A stretch of DNA of 46,754 nt from an uncultured bacterium. Its GTDB lineage: Bacteria; Zixibacteria; MSB-5A5; JAABVY01; JAHJOQ01. This document shows positions 19,682 through 27,480 of the stretch, piece after piece (positions within the stretch are counted from its first letter, which is position 1; each line of letters begins with the position of its first letter). Location of the stretch: the NCBI GenBank assembly GCA_965369655.1, contig CBDUQR010000021.1:1-46754 (forward strand), written 5' to 3'. Made by a program: the position numbers and the translations under genes. The notes under the pieces are model-generated. The model was given only the letters and a program-made list of their open reading frames with translations, did not search any database and was not told the DNA's origin.

Positions 19682-21392
19682 GATCAAAGGCGGAGATATC
19701 CTCTGTGCCGTGCTCGATAATCTGGGCGTGGATACGGTATTCGGTCTGCCGGGTACTCAGAATCTCAGGCTGTACGATTCGTTCAGGCGATCCTCGATCA
19801 GGAGTGTTCTCACAACCGACGAAACTGCCGCCGCATTTGCGGCAAATGGATACTACAGGGCGTCCGGCAGGCCCGCCGTTGTGGCGGCGATACCGGGACC
19901 CGGATTCACCAACGCCCTGACTGGCATCGCCGAAGCATGGCACGATTCGGCTGCGCTGGTAATGATCGTGGAAACGAACGACGAGTCTCCCGGCAAGGAT
20001 TTCCAGTTGCAGGCTGTCGACATGCAGGCAATGGCTAAGTCAGTGTCGAAAGCCTTCATAAATATTTCCGATTCCGAACAAGTGGCCGCGCGTGTGGATG
20101 AAGCATTCAGACTGGCAGTCTCCAGCGAGCCGGGACCCGTGATTATCGAAATCGAGAGCCCGGCGCTTCACGGATCGGCACGGTATCAGGATTCGATGGA
20201 GAGCTGCGCAGACTTGTGTGCGGAAGATTATCAGATAGATGAAGTCATACAAAGAATATCCAACGCTGGAACGGTCACTATTCTGGCGGGACAGGGGGCG
20301 TTTTCAGCAGGCCGCGATCTTCTCGAACTGGCAGAGCTACTCGGCACGCCGGTCGTGACGAACTGTTCCGGCAGAGGCGCAATCCCAGAGAGTCATGAGC
20401 TTTCTATCGCCGCCGACTTTTGCCTCGGACCAATCGATGAGATCAACAGCCTGTTCGACAAGTGCGATCTGGTCCTCGCAATAGGATGCAAGTTCTCGCA
20501 CAACGGGACAAGTGGTTTCGAGCTCAAGATTTCACCCGAAAAACTCGTTCGCGTTGATTCATCAACAGAAGTATTGGTATCGAAGAACTATCCGGCAAGC
20601 ATGTCGATCCTCTCTGACGCGGGACATTTTGTCCGAGCGCTTCTCGAACGCAAAGAGAGATTGTCCGGGCGATCCAGCGGGTTCGATAAAATGACGGTCG
20701 CCGAAATCAGAGACAACATTCGGTCGAAGAGAAAAGACAACTTCAAGTATGATCCGGGGATCAAAGGCTTGTCGATGGCTGAGTTCTTTCACGCGCTCAA
20801 TTCCTCGCTGAGCGGTGACGCGTGTGTCGTGACCGATACGGGTTTCCATCAGGCTCTCGCCCGGAACCACCTTCGCATCGAAAGCATTCGAGGTTTGATA
20901 GTCCCGTCCGACTATCAGTCGATCGGTTACGGGATACCGGCTGCCATAGGCGCCAGGTTTGCCTGTCCGAAGAGAGATGTCGTAGCGATTGTCGGCGACT
21001 GTTCATTCCTGACGTCGGCTATGGAATTGCGGACAGCGGTACGTGAGAAAATCGATCTGGCAGTGATACTACTCAACGATGGGAAACTCGGTTCGATAAG
21101 ATTGCAACAGTTGGCTGCATTCGGTGAAGAGTTCTCAGTCAGTCTCGATAACCCGGATTTCTCACGACTCGCCGAAGCTCTGGGAGTTAACTACATCAGG
21201 CTCGATGGCAATCCGGATGCTTCGTTCGATAAACTCCTGCGAAGCAGCGGAGTCAAATTGCTGGAAGTGCGGCTCGATGATTCGCCAGAAGTCGAAAAGA
21301 TGCGTCGGCGGTCTGCACTGCGCGAAAAGATCAGCAATTCGGTTCTTGGTGCACCGCTGAAAAAACTTAAGCGATGGGTGGATGGCCAGTGA
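19674..21392 (+). CDS. Thiamine diphosphate-dependent enzyme, acetolactate synthase large-subunit-like
   Basis: GVDTVFGLPG, DETAAAFAA (catalytic Glu), PGPGFTN, IGYGIPAAIGA, GDCSF...LLND (variant of the GDG...NN motif). Confidence 0.85.
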   Translation: MSKIKGGDILCAVLDNLGVDTVFGLPGTQNLRLYDSFRRSSIRSVLTTDETAAAFAANGYYRASGRPAVVAAIPGPGFTNALTGIAEAWHDSAALVMIVETNDESPGKDFQLQAVDMQAMAKSVSKAFINISDSEQVAARVDEAFRLAVSSEPGPVIIEIESPALHGSARYQDSMESCADLCAEDYQIDEVIQRISNAGTVTILAGQGAFSAGRDLLELAELLGTPVVTNCSGRGAIPESHELSIAADFCLGPIDEINSLFDKCDLVLAIGCKFSHNGTSGFELKISPEKLVRVDSSTEVLVSKNYPASMSILSDAGHFVRALLERKERLSGRSSGFDKMTVAEIRDNIRSKRKDNFKYDPGIKGLSMAEFFHALNSSLSGDACVVTDTGFHQALARNHLRIESIRGLIVPSDYQSIGYGIPAAIGARFACPKRDVVAIVGDCSFLTSAMELRTAVREKIDLAVILLNDGKLGSIRLQQLAAFGEEFSVSLDNPDFSRLAEALGVNYIRLDGNPDASFDKLLRSSGVKLLEVRLDDSPEVEKMRRRSALREKISNSVLGAPLKKLKRWVDGQ

Positions 21393-21420
21393 AGCTGGTC
21401 AGATCAATGCAGACAGATGA

Positions 21421-22647
21421 TTGATGGAACAGATACATTCGAAAATGGCAATGTCAGAGAACGGGATAACCGTGAGACATGAACAGAGATCCTTTGTACT
21501 CGAACGGGACGGCATTCGTGTCGAGGCGGCGCAGTCGCTATATCAACTAAATGATATTGCCGACGAATGGAACGATCTTGCGGCATCCTCGCAGAGAAGC
21601 AACCCGATGCTTTCGCATGCCTGGGTATCATCGTTCCTCGAGCACAGGCTGACAGCTTCACAGCCGTGGGTTGTTCTTCTTGCTTTCAGTTCAGGAGAAC
21701 TCGTCGGAGTCGCTCCGATCGTGATCGGTACCAGATCGATGCTCCGATTCGGTCCCCGGTTTCTCCGCACGCCTGCTGACGATCACACTCCATCCGTTGA
21801 CTTCCTGACGAAGCGCGACGGTGAAAAAGAAATCCTTGCAGCCCTCATCGATGCGACAGGCCTGTGTTGCGGTAAGAGCTTTGCGCTCTTTATGAATCGA
21901 ATTCCTGAGCAGTCCCCGATGGTGGCAGGAATTTTGAGCGAAATGAACTCCGTGAGAGTGATCACCGATTTCGACGGCATAGGATCATTCCTGCCGATCA
22001 AGGGCACATTCGATGATTATATCGGAAGCTTGAGTTCGAATTTCCGAAAGAATCTGAGGAAAGCATCGAAGAAGCTCGGCAAGCTGACAGATGTCGAGTT
22101 TCGGTTTCTCACAGGCAGCGACATTTCGGAAGAGTGTCTCGACATTTTTGCAGAGATAGAATCTTCCGGCTGGAAAGGCCGTGAAGGTGGCGCGATAGCA
22201 TCATCGCCGACACTTCTCGCGTTCTACAAAACGTTGTCGGATCGATTGAACCGTTCGGGCTGGCTCGAATGGCACTTCCTCGAAGCAGCAGGTAAGACCA
22301 TTGCCGGTCAGATGACTATCCGAATGGGACGGACTCTGGTAGTGAACAAGATCAGCTACGATGAGGACTATTCGGATGTGTCGCCGGGTAACATGCTCTT
22401 TCTCGAGACAGTGTGCAGATGTTTCCAAAACGGAGACATCGATGAGATCAATTGCCTGACCGATATGCCGTGGAACCGGAACTGGCGGATGAATCAGCGC
22501 AAGTACTACAATATTCACTTGTTCCCGAACAGACCTGTCTCGTTCCTGCTGGGTGAGATGCCTCGCAGGGTGCGAAACGCTCTGCCGCGTCTGCCAGTCG
22601 TGGGTCCGGCGCTTCGAAGCCTCAAAGCTATCATGAGGAAACAGTGA
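21421..22647 (+). CDS. GNAT family acyltransferase (CelD/BcsL-like)
   Basis: EWNDL, LVGVAP, FRKNLRK, ESSGWKG, KISYDE...SPGNML. Confidence 0.8.
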   Translation: MMEQIHSKMAMSENGITVRHEQRSFVLERDGIRVEAAQSLYQLNDIADEWNDLAASSQRSNPMLSHAWVSSFLEHRLTASQPWVVLLAFSSGELVGVAPIVIGTRSMLRFGPRFLRTPADDHTPSVDFLTKRDGEKEILAALIDATGLCCGKSFALFMNRIPEQSPMVAGILSEMNSVRVITDFDGIGSFLPIKGTFDDYIGSLSSNFRKNLRKASKKLGKLTDVEFRFLTGSDISEECLDIFAEIESSGWKGREGGAIASSPTLLAFYKTLSDRLNRSGWLEWHFLEAAGKTIAGQMTIRMGRTLVVNKISYDEDYSDVSPGNMLFLETVCRCFQNGDIDEINCLTDMPWNRNWRMNQRKYYNIHLFPNRPVSFLLGEMPRRVRNALPRLPVVGPALRSLKAIMRKQ

Positions 22648-22648
22648 G

Positions 22649-23662
22649 ATGTCTGAGTTGACCGTTTCGACAATCATCCCAACATACAACCGCGCGCATC
22701 TGGTAGGGCGGGCAATCGAGTCGACGCTCGCTGCCGGTTCCGACTGCGATGAGATCATTGTCGTTGATGACGGTTCGACCGACAATACCGCCGATGTATT
22801 GGCACGCTTTGGCGACAGAATTCGATCGATACGCATATCCAATTCGGGAGCAGGCGCGGCTCGAAATGCCGGGATCAGAGAGGCGCGGGGTGATCTGGTG
22901 GCGTTTCTCGACTCGGACGACGAATGGATGCCTCACAAGCTCGATCTGCAACGGCGACTGATGCAGGTATGCCCGGATATATTATTCTCGTTCACGGAGT
23001 TCGCGGCAACAGACGAAGACGGGTACGTCTGCCACAGCAATGTCGTAAACTGGAGCGGAGATACAAGGCCATGGAGCGAGATACTCGGAGAGGGCGACCT
23101 TCTCTCCAGTGTGATGGACATTCCGGACGGAATCGCAGACTGCAAGTTCTACACTGGCAGCATGTACGAGCCTGAACTGCGGTCGAACTACATTTTCACG
23201 AGCACGCTGGTAGTCCGAAGGGAAGTGGCAGGCGAGTCGCTCAGTTTCGCTGAAGACCTGCCGCTTTATGAGGACTGGTACTGTTTCGGCCTGCTTGCGC
23301 GAAAGGGTCGCGCTGCGTTTATTGACTGTGAGACTGCATGCCAGAGCGCAAACGCTGCGTCACGGCTCACCCACGCTGACACTCTGAAGATGTCGCAGGC
23401 GCGTGTCGCGGTGATTGAACGAGTCTGGGGATGTGACGAGGAATTCCTGAATGCGAATGGCAAGATATACGTTCAGGTGCTAAACCAGCATCGTCTCGAT
23501 TTGGTGAAGAATCTGATATTGGCCGTACAATACGACATCGCCAGGAACGAACTTGGGAAACTCGACGAAAGCCCTGCATCGATCAGGCGGCTCTTGTCAC
23601 TGCCGGATTGGGGTATCAGAACATTGATGAAATTGCGAGCGCTGCGTCGAGTGAAACACTAA
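22649..23662 (+). CDS. GT2 glycosyltransferase
   Basis: IIPTYNRA, VDDGSTD, ARNAG, FLDSDD, YEDW. Confidence 0.9.
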   Translation: MSELTVSTIIPTYNRAHLVGRAIESTLAAGSDCDEIIVVDDGSTDNTADVLARFGDRIRSIRISNSGAGAARNAGIREARGDLVAFLDSDDEWMPHKLDLQRRLMQVCPDILFSFTEFAATDEDGYVCHSNVVNWSGDTRPWSEILGEGDLLSSVMDIPDGIADCKFYTGSMYEPELRSNYIFTSTLVVRREVAGESLSFAEDLPLYEDWYCFGLLARKGRAAFIDCETACQSANAASRLTHADTLKMSQARVAVIERVWGCDEEFLNANGKIYVQVLNQHRLDLVKNLILAVQYDIARNELGKLDESPASIRRLLSLPDWGIRTLMKLRALRRVKH

Positions 23663-23704
23663 CCGTTCAGCACAGGCTGAACGAACACTTTCGACATTTG
23701 TCAA

Positions 23705-24838
23705 ATGACTGAATTCAGGATAATAGAGAAACTGGACGAGTTCTCGAAGCTCCGGCAACCATGGGATGAACTGGTTGCTCAGACCGACTGTGACCATGTG
23801 TTCATGCGACACCTGTGGTTCGAGGAGATGGCTAGGGCATACTCTCTCGATGGTTTTCTCGCAGTCGTGACATTGTGGAAGGATGGACAGCTCGCCGCGA
23901 TCGCTCCCGTATACCGGAATCGTCAGCCGTTCAAGGGAATTAATACGAAAGCCATCAGTTTCATCGCGGGTGAGCCAACCCCGAGATGTAACTTCATTGC
24001 TGCCGATGTCGATCTTATCGAGCCGCTGGTCGGGAGAATGATGAATCTCTCCGATTGGGATATTCTCTATCTGGAAAACATGGAAGAAGATGCAGCCTCA
24101 ACGAAACGATACCTCGAATTGCTCGAGACTGACCGGTATGGGTCCGGCTTCCAGAGTTCGGAGGGTCTGCAATCTCCATTCATGACGATCAGAGGGTCGT
24201 GGGACGACTACTGGAATTCGCTCTCGAAGAGACGCAGGAAGCATTTGAACAAGATGTGCTTCAGACGGCTCGACAAGGCTGCAAGCTACCGATTCAAGCG
24301 CATTGAAACAGGCGATGAGTTCGAGAAATTCGTACCGAACATGATCGGAATCTCCGGCAGGAGTTGGAAGTCGGAACGCGGAACTCATATCCAGGCCGAG
24401 TCATCAGAGGGACGATTCTATGCCGGTTTCACTCCTAAGGCGATGGAACAGGGACTGGTTACCATCTACACGATCGAACTGAACGGTCAATTAGCTGGAT
24501 TCGAATACCTGCTGAAGTCGGGGTGCAACTATTCAGCCACAAGATGCGACTTCGACCAGGAATTCAAGTACTTCTCTCCCGGCAGCAATCTCAGGATCGC
24601 CATCATAAAGCATTTGTCGGAGATGGATGGTACATGCGAATACGATCTTACCGGTGCCGCCTACCCGTACAAGCTGGAATGGTGCAACGAGATCAGGAGC
24701 CATCTGACTGTCACAGTCGGCAACAGGAATCTCAAGGGCAGGTTTGTCATGATGGCAAAAAACTCTATCCTGCCGTTTGTTCGCAGGTTCTCAAGCCGGA
24801 TTTTCCCAATAGATGACGGCATGGGACAGAAATCATGA
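23705..24838 (+). CDS. GNAT family acyltransferase (CelD/BcsL-like)
   Basis: WDEL, SWDDYW, RSWK, FSPGSNL, YDL.G..PYKLEW. Confidence 0.8.
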   Translation: MTEFRIIEKLDEFSKLRQPWDELVAQTDCDHVFMRHLWFEEMARAYSLDGFLAVVTLWKDGQLAAIAPVYRNRQPFKGINTKAISFIAGEPTPRCNFIAADVDLIEPLVGRMMNLSDWDILYLENMEEDAASTKRYLELLETDRYGSGFQSSEGLQSPFMTIRGSWDDYWNSLSKRRRKHLNKMCFRRLDKAASYRFKRIETGDEFEKFVPNMIGISGRSWKSERGTHIQAESSEGRFYAGFTPKAMEQGLVTIYTIELNGQLAGFEYLLKSGCNYSATRCDFDQEFKYFSPGSNLRIAIIKHLSEMDGTCEYDLTGAAYPYKLEWCNEIRSHLTVTVGNRNLKGRFVMMAKNSILPFVRRFSSRIFPIDDGMGQKS

Positions 24839-24926
24839 CGGTCGTCAATGACGAGATTCGTGTAGCTGTGTCTGCCTGCTTAGGCGCATGTCGATTGCGC
24901 CTGCACAACGCAGGAGGTCGATGCGC

Positions 24927-26177
24927 ATGAAAATTCTGGTCATATCACCGCGCCCGCCATATCCGTTGTATGGCGGATTCGAAGTCAGAGTCTTTCCACT
25001 TTTCAGGGAACTGAGCAGGAGACACGAACTGACCCTGCTCTGTAAGTCATACAAAGAACTGGATCAGGGAACGCTCAATAGTCTCGGCTCGGTTTTTTCA
25101 TCCGTAAAGATATTTTCGGTCAGCAAGCTCAAACCTGAGGATCGGCGTGGAAGATCGGTGATAAGGAGAATTCGCGACTTGATCTCGCCGCCGCCGGAAT
25201 ACCACGAGACGAGTACATTCTCCGATGAGCTTTCCCGGACCATACAACAAATGCTTCGTTCAGGCGAATACGATATCATTCAGGTCCTCGGCCTGAATTT
25301 GATGAGATATTTTCAGGACCTCGAGGAGTACCCGACAGTATGCGATGCTGTCGATGATTACAGTCTTTTCTGCTATCGAACAATCTGGCGACAGACGAAA
25401 CTTGCCGACAAACTACGGTTCGTATACGAATGGATAGCCACAAGAAGATTCGAGTCCAAATATGTCAAGTGGTTCAAAGAAGTGGTCGTCGTATCTCCTG
25501 TCGATGCGCGGGTCATGCAGTCGGTTTGTCCCTCCGCAAGCATTTCAGTCATTCCGAACGGCGTCGACACTGAGTATTTCGTACCGGGCAAATCAGAATC
25601 GTCTGAACCTGTGGTCACATTCACCGGAGTGATGGACTACGAACCGAATGTTACCGGTGCGCTGTTTTTTGCCGAAGCTGTCCTGCCGCTCATAGAAAAA
25701 CAAATGCCCGATGTGCGATTTAAGATCGTTGGGCGCGACCCCGATCCTCGCCTTACGACGCTTGCAGACAGGCGGTCAAATATCGAGGTGACCGGATTTG
25801 TCGAGGACATGCGGCCTCATTTCGACGAGTCGTTGGTCTATGTCAGTCCTTTGAAATCGGGAGCCGGAATCAAAAACAAGATCCTCGAGGCATGGTCTAT
25901 GGCAAAAGCCGTCGTGGCTACCGAAATGAGCTGCGACGGTGTCGAATATGACGACGGCGAAGACGTAATCATAGCAGATAATGCGAGCGCATTCGCAAAC
26001 GCGGTCATAAGACTCCTGAAAGATAGTGATCTCAGGAGAAAGCTGGGCGAGAACGCCCGGAAGAGAGTCCTCGAACAATACAGCTGGAAATCTCAGGCAG
26101 AAAGATTCGAGGAGATATACGAACGTGTGGTGGCGGGATCAAGTGCAGGAAAATCTGCCGAACATAGAATGGTCTGA
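24927..26177 (+). CDS. GT4 glycosyltransferase (paralog type of 4682-5908)
   Basis: MKILVISPRPPYP, NGVDTEYF, GAGIKNKILEAWSM; AGGAGG at 24912-24917 favours a start at 24921 or 24927. Confidence 0.88.
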   Translation: MKILVISPRPPYPLYGGFEVRVFPLFRELSRRHELTLLCKSYKELDQGTLNSLGSVFSSVKIFSVSKLKPEDRRGRSVIRRIRDLISPPPEYHETSTFSDELSRTIQQMLRSGEYDIIQVLGLNLMRYFQDLEEYPTVCDAVDDYSLFCYRTIWRQTKLADKLRFVYEWIATRRFESKYVKWFKEVVVVSPVDARVMQSVCPSASISVIPNGVDTEYFVPGKSESSEPVVTFTGVMDYEPNVTGALFFAEAVLPLIEKQMPDVRFKIVGRDPDPRLTTLADRRSNIEVTGFVEDMRPHFDESLVYVSPLKSGAGIKNKILEAWSMAKAVVATEMSCDGVEYDDGEDVIIADNASAFANAVIRLLKDSDLRRKLGENARKRVLEQYSWKSQAERFEEIYERVVAGSSAGKSAEHRMV

Positions 26178-26180
26178 TTC

Positions 26181-26663
26181 ATGGGCAAAGTTGAACTGAC
26201 ACAGATCGGCATAATCCACACGCCATTCAGGGAACGCAAGGGTACGCCAATCCAGCCGAAGATGGGAAGGGGAATCGAGGGGCAGGTCGAAGTATTCGAC
26301 AAGTATGTACCCGGCCTGAAAGACCTCGATGGTTTCTCGCACATCATATTGATCTATTATATGCATCTTGCGGAAGGATATTCACTCGAGGTAATACCGT
26401 ACCTCGATGACAGGCTCCGCGGGCTTTTCGCCACCAGGGCACCAAAGAGACCTTCTCAGATTGGCCTCTCAGTCGTCCGCCTGAAAGAAGTGAACGGCAA
26501 TACGCTGATTATCGAAGATATCGACATTGTGGATCAAACGCCGCTCCTCGATATCAAGCCGTACATTCCAAACTTCGACGACGAATCTCGGGGAATCCGA
26601 ATCGGATGGCTCAAAGACAGGCTCAGGAACGAAAACAGCAGGAAAGCCGACGACCGGTTCTGA
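26181..26663 (+). CDS. tsaA: tRNA t6A37 N6-methyltransferase TrmO/TsaA family
   Basis: IGIIHTPF, GLKDLDGFSHI, GLFATRAP.RP, TPLLDIKPY. Confidence 0.9.
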   Translation: MGKVELTQIGIIHTPFRERKGTPIQPKMGRGIEGQVEVFDKYVPGLKDLDGFSHIILIYYMHLAEGYSLEVIPYLDDRLRGLFATRAPKRPSQIGLSVVRLKEVNGNTLIIEDIDIVDQTPLLDIKPYIPNFDDESRGIRIGWLKDRLRNENSRKADDRF

Positions 26664-26679
26664 TTCCGGCTGCCTTACA

Positions 26680-26854
26680 GAGGTTGTCCCAAAAGTGCTG
26701 ATTGACTTGAGCGGGAAGCTGACTCTGTCGCTCCCGCGGAGGCGGGAGCCTATTTAACGATAACGCATTCAATAGATTCCCGCCTGCGCGGGAATGACAT
26801 CGCTTTCTTTCGCAAGCATGAACACCAACCTATCAGACCTTTTGGGACAGCCTC
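26680..26854. mobile_element. 175-bp non-autonomous MITE with IS1182-like terminal inverted repeats
   Basis: Left GAGGTTGTCCCAAAAGTGCTGAT versus right reverse complement GAGGCTGTCCCAAAAGGTCTGAT (20/23); flanked by TACA direct repeats at 26676-26679 and 26855-26858; no transposase inside. The family assignment is from recalled TIR style. Confidence 0.8.
26726..26799. repeat. Inverted pair of dRS3-like palindromes inside the MITE
   Basis: TGTCGCTCCCGCGGAGGCGGGAGCCTATT (26726-26754) matches the reverse complement of AATAGATTCCCGCCTGCGCGGGAATGACA (26771-26799) at 24/29. Confidence 0.8.
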
Positions 26855-26964
26855 TACAACACTGCCCGAATACGAGAGAAGATGGTTCCCGACAATATCC
26901 TGAGCGCAGCGAAGGGCTTTCGTCGGGATGACATAGTCGTGTAGGTCAGATTGACATTTCGACT

Positions 26965-27042
26965 GTGGGCGGCAGACCTCCTCGCAAAGTCATGAGCCTC
27001 GAAGGGCAAGTCCTGAGCTTCGAAGGGTCTGCCCCATTGAGT
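26965..27042 (+). repeat. GTGG-type REP with two inserted TCCTGAGCNTCGAAGGG-like modules
   Basis: GTGGGCGGCAGAC...GTCTGCCCCATTGAGT arms match the uninterrupted copy at 43586-43620 (minus strand). Confidence 0.8.
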
Positions 27043-27139
27043 CAGTCTTGAGTAGGGCGGCGAAGCGAAGTGGTCCTGCCATTCGGTGGATAGCACTTTT
27101 CATTTGCATACATCTCGGCAACTGTGCATTTTCGGTGGT

Positions 27140-27417
27140 ATGATTGAGTTCCCGACGAGTGGCGTGGAAACATACTGGTGGATTCCGTTGACCGTAGCGT
27201 TTGTTGTCTCGATGTTTACCTCGATGGGCGGTGTCTCTGGCGCGTTTCTCCTGCTCCCGTTTCAAGTAAGCATTCTCGGCTTCGCCGTACCCGCCGTCAG
27301 CCCAACCAATCTCGTCTGCAATGTGGTGGCAATCCCGAGCGGCGTCTACGGGTACTAAGAGAAGGCCGCATGGTCTGGCCGCTCACATGGACAGTGTTAG
27401 TCGGCACCATACTCTGA
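27140..27417 (+). pseudogene. Sulfite exporter TauE/SafE family remnant (frameshifted and truncated)
   Basis: MIEFPTSGVETYWWIP...FTSMGGVSGAFLLLPFQ...AIPSGVY stops at 27358, continues in another frame as REGRMVWPLTW, then stops at 27417. Confidence 0.8.
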
Positions 27418-27480
27418 ACTGATCAGAAACAGGATCAGCAGGGACAACATTCGACCGGGCAATCAGCGATCTCATGTGTG

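Noticed and set aside
9331-26799. ATTCCCGC...GCGGGAAT palindromes as CRISPR repeats
   Set aside because: Only three dispersed or inverted copies, no regular repeat-spacer array and no cas genes
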